This document shows positions 18,976 through 29,133 of a DNA stretch of 64,000 nt, piece after piece (the stretch's first letter is position 1; each line of letters opens with the position of its first letter). The position numbers were made by a program, and so were the translations under genes. The notes beneath the pieces were generated by a model that had not been told where the DNA came from, did not search any database, and saw only the letters and a list, made by a program, of their open reading frames with translations. Source of the stretch: Phycisphaerae bacterium (GTDB taxonomy: Bacteria > Planctomycetota > Phycisphaerae > UBA1845); contig CAXXGO010000006.1 of NCBI GenBank assembly GCA_963666835.2, positions 544,001-608,000 on the forward strand, in the 5' to 3' direction.

Positions 18976-20391
18976 CTATCGTGACACTTGTACGCCCGGC
19001 AGTTCGGTTATTAAGAACCGGGCGATTCGTTCAGCGACAACCTCGTGTCCGTCCGGGGTCCAGTGTTGATCGTACGTGAAGTAGGTTTGCCTGCCTCCGG
19101 CAACTGCGGTACGTAGCGGAGCGGTCACGCTAAGAAACGGAATGGACTCCCGTCGGCACCATTCTTCGATTACCGCCTCCCGGGCATCGAGGCGCTGACG
19201 CAGGTTGGCCAGAAACTCCGCTGCTTCCGGCAGGTCCTTTTTATATCGCAGTTTCATGAACGCCCGGACCTTGGCCGCATCCAGCCGGTCCGCCACCAGC
19301 GGCAGCGCAACGTGCGCTTTCAGCGGGGCAAACGCGACGATGAACTGAATGCCGGCGTCTTGGCACAACTTGTTCATCTGGGCGAGCTGCCCGCGCGGAT
19401 TGTACCAGTGTTTGTCGCTTTCGAATTCCGCCCGGCTCTCGTAGAGATCGCGAAGCTGCTTCGGCGCAAAGGCGTAGTGCTTGGCTTCGGGCCCTTCCGG
19501 GATGGCCAGCGGCAGCCAGTCCAGCACCTCCACCCCGCGAACCGGACCGTCCCGGTTGATCGGACCGAACGTATCGATCATGAACCGGTCGGCGGCCTGC
19601 AGGATAACCGAACGCTCGACGTATTCCTTCAGCCGCTTCGACACACTGGGCGACCGCCGCTTCCGATCGCTCTTGGCCGATCGGAAATCGTTGCCCTCGT
19701 ACAGCAAACATACCACGTATCGCGGCTTCAGCGCCAGACCATGTTCCTTCAACGATTCCAGATAGTGAAACGGGTCGTAGCCGGACATGCCGAGGTTGTA
19801 TACCCTCAGCCCGCTCCGCCGCCCCAGCTCGACCGGCCAGACGTGATCGTCGGACACGCCCGATCCCTCGGCAAAGGAATCACCGAGCACCACTACATCG
19901 TACTGCTCTTCGACATCCCGATTACGGTAGCCGCGCTCGTCGGTGTGCAGTTGGCAATCGACTTTACCGTACCCGGGCGGGGCGTTCGGGTACGTTCGGC
20001 TGGCCTGCGGCTTATCCTCGAACACCACGTGGAATTCCCCGTTGGGTGGGCGATGGTAGGCCACGCTGTCACGGACGTAGTGCTCGGTTGCCGGCTTGCG
20101 TAGAAGGAAATCCACCAGGACCAACGCCGGCAGCAGAACCAGCAAGGTCGCTACGACCTGGAACCACCGCTTTTTGTACGTCGCTCCCGTGGACCAATCG
20201 ACGTAGAAGCTGATCAGCGAAACGATGAACACGCCCACAATCCAGGTGAAGTGCGTTCTCGAGTACCGCCCCAGCATCACGTGCCGGTCGCGGGCGATCT
20301 GTTCGACGACGTCGCTGGGAATGATCCACAGCGCCAGGTTCGTAACGATGACGATGGCCAGCCAGATCTTCTGTCGGGGAATCAGCTTCAT
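18976..20391 (-). CDS. Membrane-anchored SGNH/AlgX-like protein (possible polysaccharide O-acetylation)
   Basis: Three N-terminal TMs, LGDSFAEG, NLGMSGY, YEGND, DQHWTPDGH. Start MKLIPRQK. Confidence 0.75.
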   Translation of the reverse strand: MKLIPRQKIWLAIVIVTNLALWIIPSDVVEQIARDRHVMLGRYSRTHFTWIVGVFIVSLISFYVDWSTGATYKKRWFQVVATLLVLLPALVLVDFLLRKPATEHYVRDSVAYHRPPNGEFHVVFEDKPQASRTYPNAPPGYGKVDCQLHTDERGYRNRDVEEQYDVVVLGDSFAEGSGVSDDHVWPVELGRRSGLRVYNLGMSGYDPFHYLESLKEHGLALKPRYVVCLLYEGNDFRSAKSDRKRRSPSVSKRLKEYVERSVILQAADRFMIDTFGPINRDGPVRGVEVLDWLPLAIPEGPEAKHYAFAPKQLRDLYESRAEFESDKHWYNPRGQLAQMNKLCQDAGIQFIVAFAPLKAHVALPLVADRLDAAKVRAFMKLRYKKDLPEAAEFLANLRQRLDAREAVIEEWCRRESIPFLSVTAPLRTAVAGGRQTYFTYDQHWTPDGHEVVAERIARFLITELPGVQVSR

Positions 20392-20734
20392 GTCTCGGTC
20401 CGTCTGTCGAAGCGCGATGCGGCCTCGCCCCTGTCGGCGGACCGGCCGCATTCCGCAGAGCACTCTGCGGAAAACCGACCCCGGCCCATCAGCGGCTCAC
20501 AATCGCATCCGGCGCCCGCACGGACGACCCAGAGGCCGGGTCCGCTGCTTCAGGCCGCGATACTAACTTACCGTTAAGTTCGCGACAAACGCCCCACAGG
20601 TCCGCACCCGGCGGTATCGATCTTGCGAGGCTCGTGGATACCGCAAAGAGCGGGAGGGCGTTATGATAGGGCTCTCCGGCCGGATGGCCGGGGTGAGGAA
20701 TCTATCTTCAGACTGTTTCGTGAGTTAGCAGTCC

Positions 20735-20820
20735 GTTGAAAAAGGGTACAGGCACCTCGCCGAGGGCGCTTCACGGTACGGTAAGTCGGCATCGGCTCGG
20801 AGCCAGTCCCCCTTTTCAAC
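20735..20820. repeat. REP-like imperfect inverted repeat upstream of gltX
   Basis: GTTGAAAAAGGGTACAGGCACC...GGAGCCAGTCCCCCTTTTCAAC. Confidence 0.6.
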
Positions 20821-20843
20821 AGCCTCTTACGCGAGGGTTTGCC

Positions 20844-22349
20844 GTGGCTGACAATGTTACCGACACCGTTCGAGTGCGGTTCGCTCCTTCTCCGACGGGT
20901 TATCTGCACATCGGCGGAGCCCGCACGGTGCTGTTCAACTGGCTGGTCGCGCGCCAAACCGGCGGGACGTTCGTCCTGCGCATAGAGGACACCGACCGGA
21001 CCCGCCACGTCGAGGACTCCGTCGGGAAGATCCTCGACGATCTGCAGTGGCTCGGCCTCAACTGGGACGAAGGACCGAACGTCGGCGGGGACTGCGGACC
21101 ATACTTCCAAAGCGAACGGCTCGACCTTTACAACAAGTACCTTCAGCAACTGCTGGAATCCGGCGAAGCGTACTATGCCCTGGAGACACCGGAGCAGCTT
21201 GAGGCCATGCGCGAACAGGCCCGGCGCGAGAAGCGCAACGTCAACTACACCCGCCCGGATCCGGTCCCGACCATTGCCCAAGGACTCGCCGCGAAGGAGC
21301 AGGGACACCCGGTAGTCATTCGGCTGAAGATGCCGGGCACGGCCATCACGGTTGTTGATGAGATCCTCGGCGAAGTGACCCTGGAGGCGGACCAACTCGA
21401 GGACTTCGTAATCCAAAAGAGCGACGGATATCCGACCTATCATTTCGCGTGTGTGGTCGATGACGCGCTGATGAGGATCACGCACGTGCTCCGCGGGCAA
21501 GAGCATCTTATGAACACGCCCAAGCACATCGCCATCCAGCGGGCGTTGGGCTTTGCCACTCCGCATTACGGTCACATGCCGGTCATCTTCAACATGGACG
21601 GCAGCAAGATGAGCAAGCGGGACAAGGAAAAGGCGCTCAAAGAAGGGCGCCAACCGCCGGAGATAGACGTACACGATTTCCGCGAGTCCGGTTACCTGCC
21701 CGAGGCTTTGTTGAACTTCATCTCGCTGTTGGGCTGGTCCACCGGCGACGATCAGGAGCAGATCGACGTAGCCGAGACCATCAAACGATTCCGCATCGAG
21801 CGGATCGGCAAAACCAACGCCAAGTTCGATCGCGAGAAGCTTCTGTCGTTCAATACGGACTGGGCGGCGCGGCTTTCATCGGAGCGACTGTTGGAGGCCT
21901 TCAAGGACTTCCTTTCTATCAACCCGAATGTTCCCGCGAATATGACCACGGCCGACGATGCGGTGCTGCCGCGCGTTCTCGAAGTGTGCGCCGGGTTCCG
22001 GACCTTTGTTGACGTTGTCAAGAAGGCCGGGTTCCTTTTCGTGGACGACGACGCTATTGAATACGATCCCAAGGCGGTCAAGAAGGTCCTGGCTAAGAAT
22101 GACGGCGAAGGTTACGCCGTGCTAGAGGCTCTGATACCGAAGCTGGAGGCCGTGACCGACTGGTCGGCCGGTCCTCTGGAGGAGCTGATCAATGGGGTTG
22201 TTGTGGAACGTCAGACCAAGCTCGGCAAGATCGCTCAACCGATTCGGGTCGCCGTCAGCGGCAGTACGATAAGCCCGTCGATCCACGACACGCTTGTTCT
22301 GCTCGGCAAGCCGCGAACGCTGACCCGACTGAAGCAGTGTATGCGCTAA
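20844..22349 (+). CDS. gltX: Glutamate--tRNA ligase
   Basis: RVRFAPSPTGYLHIGG, LRIEDTD, GPYFQSER, THVLRGQEH, KMSKR, anticodon domain. GTG start after GAGG. Confidence 0.96.
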   Translation: MADNVTDTVRVRFAPSPTGYLHIGGARTVLFNWLVARQTGGTFVLRIEDTDRTRHVEDSVGKILDDLQWLGLNWDEGPNVGGDCGPYFQSERLDLYNKYLQQLLESGEAYYALETPEQLEAMREQARREKRNVNYTRPDPVPTIAQGLAAKEQGHPVVIRLKMPGTAITVVDEILGEVTLEADQLEDFVIQKSDGYPTYHFACVVDDALMRITHVLRGQEHLMNTPKHIAIQRALGFATPHYGHMPVIFNMDGSKMSKRDKEKALKEGRQPPEIDVHDFRESGYLPEALLNFISLLGWSTGDDQEQIDVAETIKRFRIERIGKTNAKFDREKLLSFNTDWAARLSSERLLEAFKDFLSINPNVPANMTTADDAVLPRVLEVCAGFRTFVDVVKKAGFLFVDDDAIEYDPKAVKKVLAKNDGEGYAVLEALIPKLEAVTDWSAGPLEELINGVVVERQTKLGKIAQPIRVAVSGSTISPSIHDTLVLLGKPRTLTRLKQCMR

Positions 22350-22373
22350 AAAAGGGGTCGGGAGTCTTTTTTG
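22347..22373. repeat. Single arm of the AAAAAGGGGTCGGGAGTCTTTT REP family
   Basis: Matches the arm at 17365-17390 apart from one extra A. Overlaps the gltX TAA. Confidence 0.8.
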
Positions 22374-22489
22374 ACAAAACCGGGACAAAACCGGGGACGA
22401 CAAAACCGGGACAAAACCGGGGACAGTCACCTATTTACCGGGTCCTTCCGGCATGACCGTCGTATCTTCTCCGCTGACAAAACCCGGAC

Positions 22490-22928
22490 AAAACCCGGGA
22501 CAGTCACCTATTTACCGGGTCCTTTCGGCATGACCGTCGTATCTTCTCCGCTGGCGCGTGGCGTCCTAAGGCGGCCCACGGGTAGCGGGCGGAGCCGACG
22601 GTTCAGCTTATGTTCGAGCTTACTCGAAGAACGAGTCGGTGGCCAGCGGTCGTCCGCGGTGCGTGCATGTGCGCAGCTTGGCGGAGTCGTCCGGGTCGTC
22701 GGGCTCACGCAGGGTTTCCCGCCAACTCTCCGGCTTCCATTCCCTGGCCCAGGCGGTCAGATCGAGTTGGCCGCTGGGGTCCGGCTCGCCGACGTGGGCG
22801 GGCGCGCTTGACCACGAATATCGCCACGGCATGCGAGCCACCTTCGCCCGGACCGGGTTCCGCTCGCCGTACCGCAACGCCCGCCACAGGTGCAACTCGC
22901 AGATAAATAGGTGACTGTCCCCGGTTTT
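22490..22928 (-). mobile_element. 439-bp non-autonomous element E1: REP inverted ends + 3' fragment of a REP-associated tyrosine transposase (RAYT)
   Basis: Ends AAAACCSGGGACAGTCACCTATTT / AAATAGGTGACTGTCCCCGGTTTT. Interior encodes HLWRALRY(G)ERNPVRA...WSSA...GRPLA, frameshifted before SKLE...RRLRPLPVGR. Confidence 0.82.
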
Positions 22929-22933
22929 GTCCC

Positions 22934-23375
22934 TTCGTATCTCCCATGGAATCCGACGCCGATCCCTGGGCCAGGAGATTGGCTCCGGCTCTCCCGAAGC
23001 CGCTTTGTTCCGGGTGGAGATGACAGGATGTCCCACGTTCCTGGGGGACCCTCGTGTGTACATGCCCTGCTCTTAGACCCCGGTGGGATCGGATACGCCC
23101 AACCGATCAAGGCGATCCGATGCTGCCTTCCGTACGGTGTGGACGACGTCGGCTCCCACGAATAGCCCTCTTTCGAGGCTCAATCACACGGCCTGCACAC
23201 TCGCGGTCTACGCTTCGCAGTGCAGGTTACCCGTACACCACGCAAGACTCCCTTCCGGCTGTCGGTCTACTTTGCCGGGCAGGATTGAGTACCCGCCGGG
23301 TCCCGGCGAAAGGTTTCATGCTGTCATCAAGGATCCATGTCGCAATCCTCCTACCCCAGGCTTTCCGTGGCGCAC
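22934..23375 (-). mobile_element. 5' remnant (domain I to about domain II) of a second group II intron
   Basis: Minus strand starts GTGCGCCACGG at 23375. Contains GCGAAGCGTAGAC, ATTGAGCCTCGAAA, GCCGACG...GGAAGGC, GGAACGTGGGA, paralleling 12120-12310. No ORF, DV or DVI; cut at E1. Confidence 0.8.
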
Positions 23376-23905
23376 CCGCATTCCGGGCATACGCCCGATA
23401 CGTTTCCGGTAAGATCATATCCGCAGCCAGCGCAGAGGCCACGTTTGCGCCGATGGCGACGGCGAAGTGGGCCGCGGATGAACGTGACGGCCGGGTAGGC
23501 CGCCAGAAGACACGCAATAACCCAAAGGCACCTGGGCGATACATAAGCGGACAGACCCCATTCACAAGACGGACCCTTTGGGTAGGTGACGTTGAGACCA
23601 ATCACTCGCTCAAAACGCGATCCCTCGCCGAGACCTTCAGATGCCATCCTCGGAGGATAAGCACAGTACGAAAGTGCGTCGTACTGGCATACAGTAACAT
23701 CGAAGTACACCACACCGTTTTCCAAGAGGGAGGCGTCGCACCACCACGGAATGGTTGTCCATCCCTCCACGCTAAACCACGACCCATAGTACCGCCCCAA
23801 CGATCCATAAGACAGACACACTCCGACAAATGCCGTCGACACCGCCCCCAACGTCAACCCAACAATAATGGCAGCGCGCAGCATGCTGAGAATCTCGCGA
23901 ATCAT
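23351..23905 (-). CDS. Membrane protein with C-terminal CxxCGYDLTGN...CPECG zinc ribbon; native tail replaced by intron sequence
   Basis: RBS AAGGAG, two TM segments, RRRHRRKRGLCAGCGYDLTGNVSGVCPECG. Last codons come from the intron 5' end. Confidence 0.8.
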   Translation of the reverse strand: MIREILSMLRAAIIVGLTLGAVSTAFVGVCLSYGSLGRYYGSWFSVEGWTTIPWWCDASLLENGVVYFDVTVCQYDALSYCAYPPRMASEGLGEGSRFERVIGLNVTYPKGPSCEWGLSAYVSPRCLWVIACLLAAYPAVTFIRGPLRRRHRRKRGLCAGCGYDLTGNVSGVCPECGCATESLG

Positions 23906-23973
23906 GGCGTGATCTCCTTGCCACGTTGCGGACAGGCACCAGTAATGGCCACCCCCGTGAAGTCGTACTGGGC

Positions 23974-24412
23974 AAAACCGGGGACAGTCACCTATTTACC
24001 GGGTCCTTTCGGCATGGCCGTCGTGTCTTCTCCGCTGGCGCGTGGCGTCCTAAGGCGGCCCGCGGGTAGCGGGCGGAGCCGACGGTTCAGCTCATGTTCG
24101 AGCTTACTCCAAGAACGAGTCGGTGGCCAGCGGTCGTCCGCGGTGCGTGCATGTGCGCAGCTTGGCGGAGTCGTCCGGGTCGTCGGGCTCACGCAGGGTT
24201 TCCCGCCAACTCTCCGGCTTCCATTCCCTGGCCCAGGCGGTCAGATCGAGTTGGCCGCTGGGGTCCGGCTCGCCGACGTGGGCGGGCGCGCTCGACCACG
24301 AATATCGCCACGGCACGCGAACGACCTTCGCCCGGACCGGGTTCCGCTCGACGTACCGCAACGCCCGCCACAGGTGCAACTCGCAGATAAATAGGTGACT
24401 GTCCCCGGTTTT
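23974..24412 (-). mobile_element. 439-bp non-autonomous element E2 (REP ends + RAYT fragment)
   Basis: Near-identical to E1, with RYVERNPVRA and the same frameshift. Followed by stuttered end copies to about 24489. Confidence 0.82.
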
Positions 24413-25042
24413 TCGCCAATAGGTGACTGTCCCCGGTTTTTCGCCGGTTTTTCCGGTTTTCCCGAATAGGTGATTGTCCCCGGTTTTCCCTCAATCCAGT
24501 AACGCGCGCAATCCGCCCTCCAACGCAGGGAACGACGGTGCGTCCTGCCTGCGGAGTGGGACCCTATCGGTCGGCGCCTACACCACCGGAGGGCGGGCGG
24601 AACGGACCAGGCGACGGACGATCGAGTGGGCCGCAGACGGCCCTGTAAGGCAGTCCCCAAAGACCCGGAGTATCCGGCTGAAGGCAGGCACGGCTAGGCC
24701 GGGGGATACAATCCCCGCGCCTGTTCTTGCGACGGTCTTCTTGAGGCCGCAATAAGGGATCCCTACGCGACCGGTTGCGTGGCAATCCCGAGTCATGCGG
24801 GTACCTCCCTCGCTCGGACAGAGCGGAGCGGGCCTCGCCCTCGCGCCGCATCCATCAAGAGGCATAAGCCCGCGGGATCGCCAGTTTTACCCCGACATGG
24901 AATGCCGCTCAGTGCATTCAGCAGGGCCGGGACCGGTGGTTATCTGGGTCGACGGGAGAGGTCCCCGACAGTACGATGATAAACTGGTGAACATCGTCTT
25001 TGTTCAAGGCTCCCGACATATGCGATCCACAGGAATTAGCCC

Positions 25043-26281
25043 ATGGCCACCATCCTCATCCTCGAAGACGAAACCGGCTGGAATGACGTGGTCACCGCAG
25101 CGATCAGGAATGGCAGCCTGCCGGATTGTTCGGTTCACATCGCACAGACGTACGGACAGGCAGCTAGCCTAATTGAACAACACGGATTCGACATCGCGCT
25201 ATTGGACTACGCACTTCAGCGTTCGAGCCCCGAGAGTGACGGGGCGGGTCTCGACGTGGCGCGCAAGCTTCGGTCTGTATCGCCTGTTGCACTCGTACTC
25301 CTGGTATCCAAGGTCGCCCCTGACAACCTACGTGCGGAGTGTGAGCGACTGGGCGTAACTCTGATCGAGAAGGGGCGACGGGATCTTGTGGATGAGCTCC
25401 TGCGACAGATCCGCAATCGATTACAGCTGGACCAGAAGACCCTGAACAGCCAATGGCTACCGGAGGAGGATACGAACCTGCCGGGAGCATTCGCCGACAT
25501 AGTCTCCAAGAAGGTGATGGCAGAATACTCAGTGTTGCGCAAGGAGCTGCAGGAGCTGCGACTCGCACACGCAGTGTTGGGCGTTCAGCATGACGTCAAG
25601 AGTGTCCTGTGGCTCCCTCGATTTTTCGAGGGTGTCGAAGGCATGCGTGACTCCATCTCCGCTCAGCTCGAACGCCTGCGTACCATGTTCGATCGGTCTT
25701 GTACCGCTGCTAGGGTGGTAAGTAATTCGTACGTGTTCTCGCGCAGAGCGACGTGTGATGTGGCGGGCGTGCTGCGCGAGTTCTTCCCTCCGCAGGCACC
25801 TGGCGAGGTCCAGTACTTATCTCCGCTCATGGAGTGTCGCGCAAACGTGCTCTTAAGAACTGCCGGCATTTCTGATGAGCCCTTGGAAGTACAATGCGAT
25901 AAGAAGCTGATCGAGTTGGCGATTCTGGTTCTTCCCGTCCTGGTTTACCATCTCACGGATATCCGCCTAACTGACGATCACCGGCCCATTGAAGCCATCA
26001 TATCATGCGCAGGGACGCGGACTCGTCGCATGCAGATGACCATAGTCGTGGCGGCCTCAACAACCAGTCTGTCAAACAAGAGCAAGGAGTGCGATTTGGC
26101 CTCGCACTACGTTCACTATACGAATCTGCTGTGTGGCCCCGTTATTCCTTGGGAGGCGTTCGTAAAGGCCTTCAAATACTACGGAGCAGCAGTCTCGTTC
26201 AAGCGGCTAGACAGAGCCACATATATCGAAATCGAACTAGAGGCCGCGTCGGGAAAGGAGAAGTCAGGTGCTCCACTTTAG
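25043..26281 (+). CDS. Response-regulator receiver domain protein with uncharacterised (possibly degenerate kinase-like) C-terminus
   Basis: ILILEDE, FDIALLDYAL, GLDVA, LLVS, IEK; coiled coil then HDVKS. No clear G boxes. Confidence 0.7.
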   Translation: MATILILEDETGWNDVVTAAIRNGSLPDCSVHIAQTYGQAASLIEQHGFDIALLDYALQRSSPESDGAGLDVARKLRSVSPVALVLLVSKVAPDNLRAECERLGVTLIEKGRRDLVDELLRQIRNRLQLDQKTLNSQWLPEEDTNLPGAFADIVSKKVMAEYSVLRKELQELRLAHAVLGVQHDVKSVLWLPRFFEGVEGMRDSISAQLERLRTMFDRSCTAARVVSNSYVFSRRATCDVAGVLREFFPPQAPGEVQYLSPLMECRANVLLRTAGISDEPLEVQCDKKLIELAILVLPVLVYHLTDIRLTDDHRPIEAIISCAGTRTRRMQMTIVVAASTTSLSNKSKECDLASHYVHYTNLLCGPVIPWEAFVKAFKYYGAAVSFKRLDRATYIEIELEAASGKEKSGAPL

Positions 26282-26578
26282 TGCGGAAGCGAGCCATTCT
26301 GCGAGATCCGTACCCCTGCCGGCGTCAGCCTGTCTCGTGGAGGACATTCCAGGTGGTAGTCTCAAGGTTAGCCGGGGTATCCTGTGGTTTGCCACTAGCG
26401 ATAGCTCGAGGGAGATGGTCGCGAGTCCTTCGACGCCCTGAAGCCACGACGGACGATTATGTCAGGTTTCGACGAGCACCTTATCATGAGCGTGATCTGG
26501 ATCTCCCGGATCTCTAGCACGCGAATGGTTCTGACGCTAAACTGGAGCATCAACGGGCACAGTTGAGGAGGCCAGGCG

Positions 26579-27970
26579 GTGGACGTCTTGCTAGGCGCAT
26601 GGGGATTAGGTGACTGGGCACACGCGCGCGGTGGTCCGCGGGGTAATCGCACTCCTGAGCGATCTCGAGTCAATCTGGGGATTCCTCCAATGTCCGCGCG
26701 GTACCCAGGCTGCGTAGAACTGTTCCCATTTCTCCTTTTTGATCATGTCTTCGTGGACAAGCGTTCCTATCAATCCTTGTTGGCTGATGCTGTCCTAGGC
26801 TTTCGAATCTCGAGCAGGAGTAAGGAGATCCTCCAGGAGTTTCACCGGGACGGCATCTTGGTGACTGTGGATTATCTAGATATCCTCTCCGGTGAAGTGG
26901 ACAGGATAGTTGAAGGTGCGGAGGCCGATTTGGACGCGGTTGACCTTGCGGAGTCGATCAGAGAGTCTCGCCGCCTTTGGAGCCAGTTCCTCACTAGCCC
27001 GGGTGGGAAGTTCCATCCCAGACGAGAAGCGGAACTGGACGGTACCCGTTTTGAACTGAGATTGCTGGGGATCCCGCTCGACAAAGCCGAGTTGCGGCGT
27101 AGATCAGCACACGATGTGTACGATGTGAACACGATGGTGGTTCTGTCTACAAAGCTGAGTGCGGCTGTATGTGATTGGCAGATGTATCGACCTTTCTATG
27201 ATCAGAAGATGGTGACTTCGTTCCGCGGGCCGTCATCAGGTACTCGTGCGAACGCCGACATCCTACACGAGAATTTGGACGTCTACTTACCGATGCCTGC
27301 GAGCGCCGAGCTTGAGTCCCTCTATCGAATTCGTGAAGAGAGCGTCTTGAGAGCTTTCCGAGACTACGCAGCGTTTCTCAGGCGTTCGGAAACGGAGTTC
27401 ACACCACAGGCTTTCATCGAATTACGCCGACGACTTCTCGAACTTGGCGAAGGTCCAATATCCCAGATAAGTGTGTTTTCAACTTCGGCTCCCAGCGCGT
27501 CTGTATTCTCCGAGGAGACAGTACGGATGATTGTCAGGGAGGAGGTGGAAAGGCGCCTACAGGAGCAGAGCCATGAGGCCACGCCTCTGCGCCAGCTGTT
27601 TCAGATCATTGGGAGCATACACATGGGCGATACGTACAAAGCGGTACAGGCTGGAACAATGGGCCCGCATACTGGGACGAGCAATGCCTCGTTACAGCAA
27701 ACGTGGATCCAACTACAGGAGCAGATCGACCTGGCGTCCTTGCCGGAGGAGCTCTCCCTGCTACGGACTGCGATGCGAAAGAGGGCCAGCGCGCCAGAGC
27801 ATGACGTTTCAACTGGTGAGATCGGCGCCGCCGAGCGAGCTGCAGAATCCGGCGATGGTGCAAAGGTATTAGAACACCTGCGAAGTGCTGGAAGGTGGGC
27901 TTTTGATTGTGCACGTGAGATTGGGGTGAGCGTAGCCTCCGAAGCACTTAAGAAGTCCCTGGGACTGTAG
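26579..27970 (+). CDS. Hypothetical protein with helical C-terminal domain (QAGTMGP...IDL...AGRWAFD...IGV)
   Basis: GAGGAGG RBS before GTG; 463-aa ORF. Function unknown. Confidence 0.65.
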   Translation: MDVLLGAWGLGDWAHARGGPRGNRTPERSRVNLGIPPMSARYPGCVELFPFLLFDHVFVDKRSYQSLLADAVLGFRISSRSKEILQEFHRDGILVTVDYLDILSGEVDRIVEGAEADLDAVDLAESIRESRRLWSQFLTSPGGKFHPRREAELDGTRFELRLLGIPLDKAELRRRSAHDVYDVNTMVVLSTKLSAAVCDWQMYRPFYDQKMVTSFRGPSSGTRANADILHENLDVYLPMPASAELESLYRIREESVLRAFRDYAAFLRRSETEFTPQAFIELRRRLLELGEGPISQISVFSTSAPSASVFSEETVRMIVREEVERRLQEQSHEATPLRQLFQIIGSIHMGDTYKAVQAGTMGPHTGTSNASLQQTWIQLQEQIDLASLPEELSLLRTAMRKRASAPEHDVSTGEIGAAERAAESGDGAKVLEHLRSAGRWAFDCAREIGVSVASEALKKSLGL

Positions 27971-28243
27971 CGCAGGGACCGGCATTCGACAGATATGCTG
28001 TGGAAGGCTGCCTGCTTGCCAACGGATGTTACGTGTTCAATTCCGTGTGCAGGCGGATCAGCGCGCGGGCGCTGCTGCTCTTCTCGCACACATGGCATTC
28101 CTTTTTCACCGAGGTTTCTGGGAGGGCGGAACGACGCCTCGCCAAGCACGCACGTGCGCCTGTACGCGACGTAAGCGGAGTGGATTCCGTTCACGGGTCA
28201 AACACGCTACGAAAACCCGAGCCGAAGAGTTGGCAAAACCCGG

Positions 28244-28682
28244 AAAACCCGGGACAGTCACCTATTTACCGGGTCCTTTCTGCATGACCGTCGTATCTTC
28301 TCCGCTGGCGCGTGGCGTCCTAAGGCGGCCCACGGGTAGCGGGCGGAGCCGACAGTTCAGCTCATGTTCGAGCTTACTCCAAGAACGAGTCGGTGGCCAG
28401 CGGTCGTCCGCGGTGCGTGCATGTGCGCAGCTTGGCGGAGTCGTCCGGGTCGTCGGGCTCACGCAGGGTTTCCCGCCAACTCTCCGACTTCCATTCCCTG
28501 GCCCAGGCGGTCAGATCGAGTTGGCCGCTGGGGTCCGGCTCGCCCACGTGGGCGGGCGCGCTTGACCACGAATATCGCCACGGCACGCGAGCCACCTTCG
28601 CCCGGACCGGGTTCCGCTCGACGTACCGCAACGCCCGCCACAGGGGCAACTCGCAGATAAATAGGTGACTGTCCCCGGTTTT
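28244..28682 (-). mobile_element. 439-bp non-autonomous element E3 (REP ends + RAYT fragment)
   Basis: Same length, ends, orientation and frameshift as E1 and E2. Confidence 0.82.
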
Positions 28683-29133
28683 AACTAAGCCACACGCGCA
28701 CTCTGGCTCCCGCCAATGCACTGCGGGGGGATATGCTCACTGGTTCCCTGCAACGCCCTGCTCGAGTTCATCAAACTCTCGCCAGTGTAGATACAGCGAT
28801 CGAGCTCGCGCGCTTGCTGAGGAATCTCCGGTATCAAAACGTCCGGCTGCCATTCCGATGTGTCCATACTTCGTATTATGTGCAGATTGCCATTCATCTC
28901 AACATGCACACCGCGCGTCTTCGAATCTAGAGGGAAAGAGGTGGGCTTTTCGCGGGAGGTTCCATCGTACGACCGCGTCATTTCAGAATCGACGCCCATC
29001 CAGCCTCAGGATGCGCTCAGCCAGACCCACTTGTGCCGGCACCGCGCAGACGCGCCTGCCCACCTCTTCCGGGCAGGGGGGCACGGCAGAGGGACGAAAT
29101 GTGCGACAAAGACGCACATCGTTTAAAGATCGC

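Noticed and set aside
15880..21674. Long antisense ORFs (15880..17232, 17929..18924, 19312..20103, 20661..21674)
   Set aside because: Shadow ORFs of miaB, icd, the SGNH gene and gltX, expected in GC-rich DNA.
22374..22500. Short repeated units as a possible CRISPR array
   Set aside because: No regular repeat-spacer periodicity and no cas genes; they are element-end stutters.
23054..24394. 446-aa + strand ORF
   Set aside because: Runs antisense across the intron remnant, the zinc-ribbon gene and E2; no protein motifs.
26525..26581. In-frame ATG...GHS-TGA-GG upstream of 26579, suggesting selenocysteine or readthrough
   Set aside because: The TGA is part of a strong GAGGAGG RBS correctly spaced before the GTG start. 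No convincing SECIS or selenoprotein homology.
28685..28999. 104-aa minus-strand ORF after E3
   Set aside because: No RBS or motif support; possibly decayed cargo.
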